The position numbers and the translations under genes are program-made. The notes under the pieces were generated by a model. It was not told the origin of the DNA. It worked only from the letters and a program-made list of their open reading frames with translations, and did not search any database. This document shows positions 22,179 through 32,329 of a stretch of DNA of 64,000 nucleotides, piece by piece (position 1 is the stretch's first letter; the number at the start of each line of letters is the position of its first letter). The stretch spans positions 21,955 to 85,954 of the forward strand of contig CAINVY010000003.1 of assembly GCA_903854335.1 (NCBI GenBank), read 5' to 3'. This stretch comes from an uncultured Candidatus Peregrinibacteria bacterium (GTDB lineage Bacteria > Patescibacteriota > Gracilibacteria > Peribacterales > Peribacteraceae).

Positions 22179-22760
22179 TCATCGATGTTGTCTGAGATAC
22201 CGAAGGATTTGCTCATGGGCTTCTTTGATTGGGAGCTTCTCATTGAAACGAAACTGTTGATTGAGTTGCTGTGACTTCTGCTCAGATAGTCCAACAAAAT
22301 CAGCAAGTACCCGCAGTGCTGCGATTTTGTCCCACAATTTGATTTCATGAACCTCAATCTCTTCCTCCCCGGCAACGCGACGTACTTTGATGGACGCTAT
22401 CGCACGTCTAGTACGTTCGGGAAGTGCGCTCACCGGCTTCATTCGAGGAGTCGCTCCATCGAAGTCCATAATGTCACCAATATCGCTGAATCCGACACTG
22501 GCAAGTTCTGCAACAACATGTGCTAGATCCACCTTCGCTTTCTCCAGTTCCGGCTTCCGTAGCTCCTCGATTTTCGCCAAAACCTCAGCATTTCTCAGCA
22601 ACCTACTTGCTTGCACCTCCAACGAATGGTCTTCACCGTGATAACCCGCCGCCCTTGCTGCTCCCTTTCCATTCGCAGATTTGGCGTATTCACAAGCGAA
22701 GCGAAGCTGCCGCATCGTAAGTGTATGTTTGTTGCCTCCAGAGTTCTTGGACTTACTCAT
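22179..22760 (-). CDS. Phage terminase small subunit
   Basis: LTMRQLRFACEY..NGKGAARAAGY..QASRLLRN..V..IE and KLWDKIAAL pattern of the Terminase_2 family. Confidence 0.85.
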   Translation of the reverse strand: MSKSKNSGGNKHTLTMRQLRFACEYAKSANGKGAARAAGYHGEDHSLEVQASRLLRNAEVLAKIEELRKPELEKAKVDLAHVVAELASVGFSDIGDIMDFDGATPRMKPVSALPERTRRAIASIKVRRVAGEEEIEVHEIKLWDKIAALRVLADFVGLSEQKSQQLNQQFRFNEKLPIKEAHEQILRYLRQHR

Positions 22761-22947
22761 AGACTCAATACGAAACAGGGATTTCTACCCCTCCACTCGC
22801 CCTAGTAATTCCGGAAAGAGTCAGTGGCTTCCTGATCTCCTTCGCTACGACCCGAAAACTGCCTCCCGTTTTTGCCTTTTCCTCAGGCGAAAGACGCTCG
22901 TGCACCAGGGAGAGCGAACAAAGGAAGAAATTGTACCCGCCGTACGG

Positions 22948-22957
22948 TTGCCCACCA
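22948..22957 (+). repeat. attR core of element 1
   Basis: TTGCCCACCA identical to tRNA-Val 14171-14180. Confidence 0.85.
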
Positions 22958-22992
22958 AATTGGAATCGCGAGGTCGAGAATGGTGCGCGACC

Positions 22993-24288
22993 TTAAGAGC
23001 CAAGCACGGAAGCGGCAGCGTCGGTTTTTTGTCCGAACGCCTCGGAGACGAGCGCTGCGTGCGCATCCATATCACCGAAATCATCCTCACACTGGCTCAT
23101 AAGGAACGGATCCTGCTTCGCCAATTCAACGACGGTTGGAAGCTGAGCGGGAGGCCACAATTCAACGCTCGCGGTATTCGCAAACCATTCGGCAACCTGC
23201 TGCCTCGCTTTTTCCACCTCATCTTTATTAAATCCCTCCGTATCAAAATTATCGATGAACGCGTTGACGACGCGCTTCCCCTCGTCGAAATCCATCTGTT
23301 CCACCTGATCAAGCTTACCGGCGTCATATTTGGCGGGACGATAGGACAGAAGCAGCTTGATCGCCTTCGCATCGGAAGAGAGCGCGGGCTGGAGGTGCGG
23401 AGAGATGAGTTTTCCGTCTTTCATGCGAAGCATGATGGTTTTCGCACCGGTGCGGCCGTGAGTTACCAAGCGTTCCTTTGTATAGCGAATGGCATCTTCG
23501 TCTGAAGCCTGACCAATGAATTCCGATTCGAGAATCGTTCCCGCGTGGCCTCCGGGTCGATCAAGAGTATTCTTTGCGTTTTCTTCGGCCTGTTTCGCCA
23601 TCGCGGCATACAGCAATGTCATGATGCCGTGGCCTCTGTACCCAAACGCTTTGCCGTAATTATCTTGCATGAACTTATCGTCGGCACTTCCAGTGTACTG
23701 CAAGTAGGTGATGGCTTTATCGCTGCCCTTGAGGGGGATGGTGGAAAAGTGATGGATTCCGACCACATTGCGATCTTTTTCCAATCCATAAATCACATCG
23801 AAACATCCTTTTGGTCCGCGGCGTTGAGCCTGGTCTCCCAATCTTTCTCGAACGAGAGCATTCGGCTCTCTTTCGTTGGGATCCGGAAAGAGATGCTTGA
23901 AGAGTTCGAGACCTTGTCCGAGTACACCCGGAGCCTGCTCCTCGGGATCATTGCCAACGAGAACGACTTCATGAACAAAGCGACGTGCTTCCTCTATGCG
24001 CCTCCGTTCTTTCTCATGGCCGATGTGTTCGTCGCCAACATTCAACGTGTAGAGACCCTCCTTGAAAGTTGATGGCGGAGCGTCAGTCACCTTCCAATCT
24101 TTATTTGGTTCATCTTCGGATTCCGGTTGCGTCGCGGTAGCCTCGAAATTTGTATGAATATATGATTTCCCACCGACAAGCGCTCTGCGTAGGGCAGCAC
24201 GGCTCTGCATGCGCTCCTGTGATAAACCCGATCCTTTAATCGGACGCGGTGAGACATCAGGACTGGTGGGTATATTTGTATTTGTCAT
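22993..24288 (-). CDS. Hypothetical protein with possible GNAT-like domain
   Basis: Long ORF; YRGHGIMTLL resembles the GNAT acetyl-CoA-binding motif A; start at ATG 24288. Confidence 0.7.
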   Translation of the reverse strand: MTNTNIPTSPDVSPRPIKGSGLSQERMQSRAALRRALVGGKSYIHTNFEATATQPESEDEPNKDWKVTDAPPSTFKEGLYTLNVGDEHIGHEKERRRIEEARRFVHEVVLVGNDPEEQAPGVLGQGLELFKHLFPDPNEREPNALVRERLGDQAQRRGPKGCFDVIYGLEKDRNVVGIHHFSTIPLKGSDKAITYLQYTGSADDKFMQDNYGKAFGYRGHGIMTLLYAAMAKQAEENAKNTLDRPGGHAGTILESEFIGQASDEDAIRYTKERLVTHGRTGAKTIMLRMKDGKLISPHLQPALSSDAKAIKLLLSYRPAKYDAGKLDQVEQMDFDEGKRVVNAFIDNFDTEGFNKDEVEKARQQVAEWFANTASVELWPPAQLPTVVELAKQDPFLMSQCEDDFGDMDAHAALVSEAFGQKTDAAASVLGS

Positions 24289-24317
24289 AAATATTTTGGT
24301 ATGTGAATAATATACAC

Positions 24318-24382
24318 ATTGTACATGTTTTTTGTTAATAGTCAATGTTAATAATTGCATAGTATGTATTTTATGTTATAAT
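24318..24382. promoter_or_regulatory. Divergent sigma70 promoters in AT-rich spacer
   Basis: Plus: TTGCAT-16-TATAAT (24355-24382); minus: TTGACT-16-TACAAT (24345-24318). Confidence 0.55.
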
Positions 24383-24388
24383 GACATT

Positions 24389-25261
24389 ATGAAACAAAAT
24401 GAGGTTCCGCCCAATAATGAGCAACCTGCGGACAAAAAGGATGTCGGAATCGAATCCTTTGTCCCACAGGACAGTATAAAGGGGAAACTCCGACATCTTC
24501 TTTCACATACAACAGAAATGCACGAGACCACTCAAGCTCATGGAGAAGCGCATCGCAATACCCCTCCTCCGATGGCTGAAGCTCTGCAGAAGCCAAGGAG
24601 CATTGCCGACATGCCTTCGCCAAAACATGTATCAGAGGAAGTTTTGGTGGAGAGCTTCGGGAAACAGATGCTCACTCAATTCAAAGAAGTGGGAGGTTTG
24701 TACAAACAAATATGGGAGAATCCTTCATTGCTGAAGAATGCGCTGTTCGAGCTCGCTCGCGATTGTGTCTTGTTCCCACGAAGCTTGTACAGAGCGTGGC
24801 GCTCGAAGAAGACGAATGTTGACCCTGCAGAGACACTGAAAGAGAGCGCATCGCTTGCGTTGACCACAAGTGAATTTACATCGATACCCGGAACATACGC
24901 AGGAGTATGTCTGCTCAGCGGAGTATGTTCCATTCCTCAGGTCGTCGGGACAGTCGGCTCGGCTCTGGGCAATTACTTTGGTGCAGTGATCGGCTACGCC
25001 CTTTCCTATCTCCTCCTCTCGAGACGCGTAAAAGGGTATTCGAATAAACAATCATTCATTGATTCTACGAAGGTTTTTCGAGACTGTCTTCCTCCCGCGC
25101 TTGCACTCTACGTCGCAGATGCCCCCTTGATCCTAGCTCTTACGAGTCTTGGACTGCCTGCGATGGCAGCAGCGGCCGTTGTCCAGGTATTGGGAATGAT
25201 TCTCTTCCTTGGTGTGGCAAAGGTATCCTCAAACAAAGCGGCTGATGCGGCAGTGAAATAA
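24389..25261 (+). CDS. Hypothetical membrane protein
   Basis: Disordered N-terminus, about 4 C-terminal TM segments. Confidence 0.7.
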   Translation: MKQNEVPPNNEQPADKKDVGIESFVPQDSIKGKLRHLLSHTTEMHETTQAHGEAHRNTPPPMAEALQKPRSIADMPSPKHVSEEVLVESFGKQMLTQFKEVGGLYKQIWENPSLLKNALFELARDCVLFPRSLYRAWRSKKTNVDPAETLKESASLALTTSEFTSIPGTYAGVCLLSGVCSIPQVVGTVGSALGNYFGAVIGYALSYLLLSRRVKGYSNKQSFIDSTKVFRDCLPPALALYVADAPLILALTSLGLPAMAAAAVVQVLGMILFLGVAKVSSNKAADAAVK

Positions 25262-25326
25262 GAGGAATTTGCGAGTCAGGGTTCTCAGGTATAGCATTCG
25301 CCGCTCATTCGATTCCACCAATCTCT

Positions 25327-25581
25327 ATGGGCAACGGTCGATATATCCTTGATCAAGCAGATCTTATTTCCGACACTCCGGATCTCCTTGCAGTGATGAA
25401 CCGAAGAGCGGAAGAAGAGGGATCCTTCAATGTTACAGTGAGAGAAAGTGGACCATTTGCTGATCTTGAAAGTGTGCGCAAGGCCATCACTCTCCGTTGC
25501 TACAGAGTGCTTGATGTAGCTGAGGGTAGATATCTTTCCATCGAAGAGATTGGGAAAGAAGAAGAGCGAAACCCAAATTAG
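25327..25581 (+). CDS. Small hypothetical protein
   Basis: 84-aa ATG ORF with protein-like composition. Confidence 0.5.
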   Translation: MGNGRYILDQADLISDTPDLLAVMNRRAEEEGSFNVTVRESGPFADLESVRKAITLRCYRVLDVAEGRYLSIEEIGKEEERNPN

Positions 25582-25925
25582 TACTAGCACGCTCCAGGAC
25601 GGCCAGCATTTAAACAACACGAAGGATTCTTGTCCATAGCATGTGCATTCCTGCCCTTTCCACCGGAAAGGGACCGTCGAAATTCTGGTTTCCCTCTTTC
25701 GCGCTTCCACAACGAGAGAAATAACAAGTTTGATTTTCCGCAAAGTAAGTCATCTGTGCGCCCAAGCTCGAAGATGTATTTCTTGATACAACTGGCCTTT
25801 CAATTAATGAAGATGAAAGATGAGAGATTCTCGTGGTCCAGAGAACAACAACTCGGTCCGATCGAACCAGATTATTCCGCTTATATCCGTGCAAAATACG
25901 GTCGTACCTGTTACCGTGACATGAC

Positions 25926-26669
25926 ATGCATCACACAAGCTTCACCAAAATCGCATCCTTCTCCTGCTTGGTTCTCCTCGCGGCATGTTCACCGAAGTTC
26001 CAAGTCGTCTTTCCGCTATCGGCTCAATCGTCGAGTAGCACGATGAAAGCCTCTTCATCTTCCGCACATACTGCATCATCAGCTTTCTCTTCGGCCTCCT
26101 CTCTCCCGGCAAGCGTCCTCATCAATGTTCCGTTTCAAGACCAAGCCCCCCTCAATAATTGGGATGCAGTTCATGAGCAATCGTGCGAAGAGGCCTCGAT
26201 GATCCTCGTCGATTATTTCCTCAACGGCAAAACGATTACGCCGAATCAGATGGAAGTACAGATCTCCGGTGCCATCAGCTTCGAGACACAGCATGGATAC
26301 AAGCAGGACGTAACCGTCGAGCAGCTGAAGCAAATCGCGGCGGATGTATACGGCTTGCAGGGAACAGTACTAAGTGATGTCAGTATCCTCTCGCTCAAGC
26401 AGCAACTCGCGAAAGGGCATCCCGTCATCCTTCCGCTCGCGGGGAGAATGCTGAAGAATCCCTACTTCAGCGGAGACGGACCTTGGTATCACATGCTCGT
26501 CGTGATCGGTTATGACGGGACATCCTTCATCACCAATGACGTGGGAACGAAGCGTGGCGCGCAGTACCACTATCCCTACGACACACTCATCACCGCGATT
26601 CACGATTGGGTCGGCGCAGATGACATGATTGCGACGGGCCCCAAGAGAATGCTTGTCCTCTCGAAGTAA
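25926..26669 (+). CDS. Peptidase C39-like lipoprotein
   Basis: Lipobox LAAC; VPFQDQAP, CEEAS, HMLVVIGYD, FITND. Confidence 0.85.
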   Translation: MHHTSFTKIASFSCLVLLAACSPKFQVVFPLSAQSSSSTMKASSSSAHTASSAFSSASSLPASVLINVPFQDQAPLNNWDAVHEQSCEEASMILVDYFLNGKTITPNQMEVQISGAISFETQHGYKQDVTVEQLKQIAADVYGLQGTVLSDVSILSLKQQLAKGHPVILPLAGRMLKNPYFSGDGPWYHMLVVIGYDGTSFITNDVGTKRGAQYHYPYDTLITAIHDWVGADDMIATGPKRMLVLSK

Positions 26670-26948
26670 AAGGGCTGAAGGGATCAACATGGACATCCTA
26701 AAAAAATGTTAGATATTTATTGACATCATATTTCAATGCACGCAAAGTCCGCGAAAGTCTCATTTTGAGACTCCTACGTTCCCCCTCGATCCATAGACTG
26801 GACGAGTGAAATCAGGGGCTACGAAGGAAAGGGCAACGCTCCGGGATATGTGCTGCTCTGCACGATATGTAATTTCGACAACATTCTTCTGTTATTTGCA
26901 ACTTTCAAGAGGAGCGGAACTCTCGAATTTCTGCTACAATATACGGAT

Positions 26949-27425
26949 TTGAACACACAAACTCCAACACCTCGGCTCCAATGGGAAGCACCGACGTTCA
27001 CACCGCACGAACGTTCCACGCGCTGGTATGTGATCGCGCTGATCTTCGCCGCACTCCTTGCCGGCTACGGCATCTGGGCGGGAGATTGGACATTCGTCGT
27101 CGCCATCATCCTCATCGCGTGCTCGTACTTCATCACACGCAAGAGCACGGCCCGCCTACATCGCATTCTCCTCCAAGACGACGGCATCGATTTCGATGGA
27201 ACGTTCACATCCTGGAAAGACTGCGAGGACTTCTGGCTCATGCAGTTCCCGACCTACACGGAACTCACGATTCGTAAGAAGAAAGGGCTGGATCGAGAAC
27301 TCCTCATACAGACCGCGGATCTCGACCCGCAAATCATCCGCGAAACAATCAAAGCGTTTCTGCCAGAGCGTTCCGACGGCAACGAGCGATTCATCGATAT
27401 GTTGATTCGTTTACTGAAGATCTGA
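26949..27425 (+). CDS. Conserved CPR-type membrane protein (two TM + PH-like beta domain)
   Basis: LQWEAPTF..HERSTRWY pattern; TTG start 8 nt after TGCTACAAT. Confidence 0.7.
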   Translation: MNTQTPTPRLQWEAPTFTPHERSTRWYVIALIFAALLAGYGIWAGDWTFVVAIILIACSYFITRKSTARLHRILLQDDGIDFDGTFTSWKDCEDFWLMQFPTYTELTIRKKKGLDRELLIQTADLDPQIIRETIKAFLPERSDGNERFIDMLIRLLKI

Positions 27426-27426
27426 C

Positions 27427-30400
27427 ATGGACACCATCCTCTCCCCTTTCGGCTTTGCGCGATCGCTGCCCGAGCGCGAGCGTCGGGAACTCTTCGTGAG
27501 CAATCCCGGCTCTGCGAGCTCCTCCGGTGATCCAGAGAAAAAAGCAGAGCGGCAACGAGGACGTGATAGAAAGAACACCATCGTGAGGGAAATGGCCGAC
27601 GCGTACGGCGAGATTTTGAAAGCGGCAGTCCCCGAATCCACTCCGCAGATGAGCGCACTGATCGCCGATACCGACCTCGCGGAGAGAGTGGGATTCGACC
27701 AAGACGACGCGGCCAGAGAAGCTGCTCGCTTGCTGAACATTCCGATGGGAAGCGACGGGCCATGGCGCAGTGCCGTTACGAGTAAAATTACGCCGTGGGA
27801 AACGCAAAGCATTGAGAGAGAGATCCGCACGAGGAGCGAGGATTACATGCGCTCGACCCTCGCCGATCCCACACAGGCGTGCAACGTCGAACGGGAACTG
27901 CGCGAGCAAATCAATCGCGGGACATTTCTCGGGGAAGCATTGGAGCGTCGCGTGATGCTCAAGGTGGGGGCAGAGGAACGTCTTTTGTCCCAGGACGATC
28001 AACGAGCGCTCGAGACAACCTTCGGCGAACTGCAGAAAACGGCTGATCAGATCAATAGAGGGAACGTCGCCTTGCTCCTCTCGGGAACGAAAGAAAGTAT
28101 CGCAAGCCTGACTGAAAAAATTGAACCTCAGGATCTCCGTGAGAAAGTCGCACACATTCTCGAGACAAATCCCACGGACGGATGGGCAATCTCCATCGCA
28201 CTGAATCTCGAGGAATCCATCGCGGATCCTCTGCAGCGGTTGCGCATGCAACAGTTGCTTGTCGAGACGATGAACGCTCTCACAAAATCAGAGAATTTCG
28301 GAGCGACGAAGCGTGACGAATCATCGAGAAGCTGGAGCGAATGGCGACGCAAATACATCGCCACGCTTGAAGAGCGAAGCACGACGCTGCGCGAGCACAT
28401 CGAGACCGCCCTCGAACAGCGCTCCATTAAATTCCTCCAAGCCGATAACGACCGGCTCAAGACGTTCGTGACCACACTTGGGATTGACCCCTCGCAGTGG
28501 GATACGGGGAAGTCCGCAAGCACAGCCCCTCTGGCGGAAGAAGCGTGTTTCAAGAGATACGGCGTGAGCCTGAGCGGGGTCGGGAAGTTCTTTACGGATC
28601 GCACGCAAGCAATCGAGGACGCTGCGTCGGACCTCGATCCCAGAGACACATCGACCTTCGCCGACCGTGCGCAATCGCTTGGCAAACTCCTCGCCGATCT
28701 CGAGAAGGAAAACAACTGTTTCGATCCGTCCGACGCCGAACACTTCCTCGTGGAACAGCGACAGGAACAGGAAGATACGGAACAGTGGGCCTATCGCATC
28801 GGCACCCGCCTCAACGAAGCGCTCTCCACCGATCAGGCGCAGCGCGCGGCCATCACTCCCCTGCTCAAGCAGATCCACGGCAACGAAGATCCCTGGCAAG
28901 ACCTCACGCTGCTGCGCGCGCATCTGGGAAAGTATGCCGCGACCAAGGGAGACAAGGCGAGACTCGCCGCACTCAGAAAAGATTTCCCTCAATGCATCAC
29001 ACCCTCGCAATTCAGCGAAACGGAGCGCGATCAATTGGAAGCGATGCTCAGCCTCATCGCGGAGCGACGCAGCAGCGCGATCCGATCGGGAACCAAACTC
29101 GTCGATGCATACGAGAAGACGAGACAGTCATCCCCCGAAATGGATGCCATCAGCAGAGGGCAGGAAGAGACGAAGCTGCGTATCCAGAGTCTCCTCGGCA
29201 CGATCATCGAAGACACCAAAGACACACCCGTCTTCCACACGCTGAAGCTCAAACATCGTCTCACGCAGAGGGTGGGAGTTATCGAGGGCAATGTCATTCG
29301 CGCGTCGGCTGCCGCAGACATGTCCGCAAGGGAGCCGGAAGAAAGCAGGCGCGCGCAATTCGAAGCGGAAGCGAAGGACTGTTGGGCCAAGGCTCAGACG
29401 GAATCGCAATCGCTCCAGAGTGTGGCCGACGGCATCCGCGAAACGTCCAAGAACATCCTGGAAGAGGAAATCCCAAGCGATAGGGACGGATTCTACAGTT
29501 ACGAGGATCGGAGGATTCACATCCGCAGGAGCCTAGATCCCGCAATGCGCGCATCCGTCATCAAGCACGAGAAGGGCCACGCCGTCCTGCATCAGCTGCG
29601 CCGATCCGGCCTCCTCCCCTTCCTGCTCATTTCCGAAGAGAAGGAACTGTCGGACGCGGGCGGCAAGGGCGACGAACACTTCTGGGAGATGCTGGAGAGT
29701 CTCTCCGGCTACTACCAGATCTCGCGATGCGAGGAGAAGTTCCGCGCCGCGGCGGTGCGTGAATACGGACAGGATGCTGCAGCCGTGGAGGCGCGCACGA
29801 GAGACCTGCGCAGGGAATTCCTCCTCGAAGAATTCGAAATCCACTTCGCCGAGTGGCAAGAATCGAAGACAAGACCCGCTCCCCGCACAGCCGAGGAGCA
29901 GACGGAACGAGATCTCTTCGCGATGAAGGAAGCTGCGCATGGCTCGCGCAAGCCAAATCAAACGACCGACGTGCCAGACGACCTCGGTATCGAACTCGCG
30001 AGTGCATCGAACCCACTCATCGATCCCGAGGATGCGGAAGAGGGATCAGAACCTGAACACGTAGCCACATCAGAGCAAGAAGGCATACCAAACATCAAAC
30101 AAGAAATCATTGATACGCAGCGCATGATGAAAATCATCACATCGTTTCAATCCGCGTATCATGACGACCCCGAATCGCAAACATTCCTCTCAAACATCGC
30201 TCCAGACGTACATATTTGTGAAGGAAAGCTCAGTGATCTAGAGAAGCGTTTGTACGAAAAAGGAGGAGATCCTGAGGCAGATCAGAAGTACACCTCTGAT
30301 GTAAGAAAACTCTCGGGAGCCGTAACTATACTCCATGATCGCGTTAAGAAGCGGGATAATAACTATATGGATATCTCCGGCCGCGCACGGAAGACGAAGG

Positions 30401-32199
30401 CGCCGGGATTCTTCGATCGCATCCGTTTCATGAGCATTCGCGACATCATGAAGCTCTACAAGGATACGGTGGAAGACTTCAAGACGATCTGGGGACGAAA
30501 CCAGGAACGACTGCTCCAAGACGTGGGCGGCGTGCTCAATGATGCCCTAACGAAAGCAGGTGGCAAACTGCCTGTGGTCGGCAATCGCTACTTCGCAAAA
30601 CTGCGCGGCTACCACGAGCGACGCTACGCCGGTGCAGAATTGGACTCGGTCGAGAAGTGGAAGAAATCCATGGAACGCTGGGACAGCCACGAAATCCTCG
30701 ATACCATCTCTCATTCCGGAAACCTCGATCAAATCCGCGGCGCCATCGAAATGCTCTGCGACCGCGGAGAAATGGATTGGAATGATCGCGGCGTCTGGAA
30801 CACGCTTCGCAGAATCTCAAACTTCAACATGCCCTTCGAAGCGTGCGAGAGAGACGACGTGCTGAGGGATATCTGGCTTCGACGCATCGTGTCGGATATC
30901 TGGAAGGATAAAGAACTCTTCTACAAGTGGCGCACGAATAACGACTCCCAGACAAACAGCCATAAGCAGAAATTCATCCAAACCGTCGACCAATTCAGCA
31001 ACGTGAACGGGGGTCTCTCCGGCAGTCTCGAGAGACAATTGACACTCTATTCGGACTGGAAGGACGCATCGGACAGGGCCGGCCATCACCTCCCCTTCCC
31101 CGACGAAGTGAAACCGCACCTCTACGAGCAAATCATCGAGTACTCCATCAAGAACGGAAAAATGACCATGGAACAGAAGATGTACTACCTCGTGCAAGGC
31201 GTCGCGTCGGGCCTGCTCTCCGTCGAGCGTCTGCGCGCTCTCGCCGGACAGAACGGCGGCATCATCAACTACTTCCCGTACATCGAATACTTTTACTGCA
31301 AGAACAACACCCTGCCCGAGATCAAGAAAATCGCGGCTTCCCTCAAAGAGAAGAAAACAGCGGACAACCCCAATGCCGAATTCAAACCAGGCCTAAAAAC
31401 AACCTTGTGGCTCCACTACAAAGTGGCACGCGAGGAGGCCGTTCGCGCCCGTCTCTCCAAGGGTTCTGCACGCTCCTCGGACTCGGGTGTCACCATGGAC
31501 CACGAGGATATCCCCTTCTTCATCACGCAAATGGACTACAAGGAAATGGATAACATGGCGGGCATCGTTTCTGGAAAACGGCAAAAAGTTACACCGGAAG
31601 GGTGGAAGAACGCCTACGTCGGATTCAACTCGAAATTCAGAGTGTTTGCGAACTGCGCGCTCCTCGAAAAACAAGGACTGGAACGTCTCTCTCGCTCCGA
31701 TACGCGCATGCTCGCTCAGAACCTCGGCGCGTACATCTACATGGACAATATTCTGACGGGAACCGTGCAGGATAATGATTCAAGACCTGGACTCAGCGAA
31801 TACCAGATGAGCACACGATCTCCATCAGGAGCAAAAAACACGGTGACGAGGGAATACCGCGACAAGATGTGCGATTTCATCAAGAATCTTTACGATTCCG
31901 GAATACTCAAAGACATCAACTGGAAAGCTCTCGGCGTTGGACCTGAGGAGCTCCTCCCGCTTTACTCAACAGAATATCGTCGTAATCTTGCCAAAGATGA
32001 TGATAAATACCATAAGCTCATCACCCAAAGGATCTTTCCCAAATTTGCCGTAGAACTCGAAAGAGTCATTTTGGAGCATAGCGACACGTTCAAAGACGTT
32101 CTGATGAACAATGAAAATAAATTCCTGAACGAAGGCGGAAGTGAATCTCTCAACCGTGATACCGTGCAGGAGCTCGTGAAAGAAGGAAACCTGAATTAA
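27427..32199 (+). CDS. Giant 1590-aa helical protein with internal HEXXH metallopeptidase-like motif
   Basis: Uninterrupted ORF; DGFY..RRIHI..VIKHEKGHAVLH. Confidence 0.8.
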   Translation: MDTILSPFGFARSLPERERRELFVSNPGSASSSGDPEKKAERQRGRDRKNTIVREMADAYGEILKAAVPESTPQMSALIADTDLAERVGFDQDDAAREAARLLNIPMGSDGPWRSAVTSKITPWETQSIEREIRTRSEDYMRSTLADPTQACNVERELREQINRGTFLGEALERRVMLKVGAEERLLSQDDQRALETTFGELQKTADQINRGNVALLLSGTKESIASLTEKIEPQDLREKVAHILETNPTDGWAISIALNLEESIADPLQRLRMQQLLVETMNALTKSENFGATKRDESSRSWSEWRRKYIATLEERSTTLREHIETALEQRSIKFLQADNDRLKTFVTTLGIDPSQWDTGKSASTAPLAEEACFKRYGVSLSGVGKFFTDRTQAIEDAASDLDPRDTSTFADRAQSLGKLLADLEKENNCFDPSDAEHFLVEQRQEQEDTEQWAYRIGTRLNEALSTDQAQRAAITPLLKQIHGNEDPWQDLTLLRAHLGKYAATKGDKARLAALRKDFPQCITPSQFSETERDQLEAMLSLIAERRSSAIRSGTKLVDAYEKTRQSSPEMDAISRGQEETKLRIQSLLGTIIEDTKDTPVFHTLKLKHRLTQRVGVIEGNVIRASAAADMSAREPEESRRAQFEAEAKDCWAKAQTESQSLQSVADGIRETSKNILEEEIPSDRDGFYSYEDRRIHIRRSLDPAMRASVIKHEKGHAVLHQLRRSGLLPFLLISEEKELSDAGGKGDEHFWEMLESLSGYYQISRCEEKFRAAAVREYGQDAAAVEARTRDLRREFLLEEFEIHFAEWQESKTRPAPRTAEEQTERDLFAMKEAAHGSRKPNQTTDVPDDLGIELASASNPLIDPEDAEEGSEPEHVATSEQEGIPNIKQEIIDTQRMMKIITSFQSAYHDDPESQTFLSNIAPDVHICEGKLSDLEKRLYEKGGDPEADQKYTSDVRKLSGAVTILHDRVKKRDNNYMDISGRARKTKAPGFFDRIRFMSIRDIMKLYKDTVEDFKTIWGRNQERLLQDVGGVLNDALTKAGGKLPVVGNRYFAKLRGYHERRYAGAELDSVEKWKKSMERWDSHEILDTISHSGNLDQIRGAIEMLCDRGEMDWNDRGVWNTLRRISNFNMPFEACERDDVLRDIWLRRIVSDIWKDKELFYKWRTNNDSQTNSHKQKFIQTVDQFSNVNGGLSGSLERQLTLYSDWKDASDRAGHHLPFPDEVKPHLYEQIIEYSIKNGKMTMEQKMYYLVQGVASGLLSVERLRALAGQNGGIINYFPYIEYFYCKNNTLPEIKKIAASLKEKKTADNPNAEFKPGLKTTLWLHYKVAREEAVRARLSKGSARSSDSGVTMDHEDIPFFITQMDYKEMDNMAGIVSGKRQKVTPEGWKNAYVGFNSKFRVFANCALLEKQGLERLSRSDTRMLAQNLGAYIYMDNILTGTVQDNDSRPGLSEYQMSTRSPSGAKNTVTREYRDKMCDFIKNLYDSGILKDINWKALGVGPEELLPLYSTEYRRNLAKDDDKYHKLITQRIFPKFAVELERVILEHSDTFKDVLMNNENKFLNEGGSESLNRDTVQELVKEGNLN

Positions 32200-32289
32200 T
32201 CTCACGCATTGCCGCAGAAGCAATTCCCAGGCATCCTCCAAGCGTGGACGTCTCCATTCAACGCATCGACGCTTCCCTTCCTCTCCCCC

Positions 32290-32315
32290 GCCACGGCGTT
32301 CGCGAACGCCGTGGC
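32290..32315. repeat. Perfect 26-bp palindrome
   Basis: GCCACGGCGTTCGCGAACGCCGTGGC is self-complementary. Confidence 0.8.
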
Positions 32316-32329
32316 CCGCTACTCTCCTT

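Larger units (their letters stand above)
14171..22957. mobile_element. Integrated element 1 (8,777 bp; serine recombinase + terS; satellite-like)
   Basis: Bounded by the direct repeat TTGCCCACCA (tRNA-Val 3' end) at 14171-14180 and 22948-22957; recombinase at one end and terS at the other. Confidence 0.85.

Noticed and set aside
22958-25920. Extension of element 1 over the neighbouring hypothetical genes
   Set aside because: These lie outside the attR core and no further tRNA-end repeat was seen; possibly older accessory DNA.
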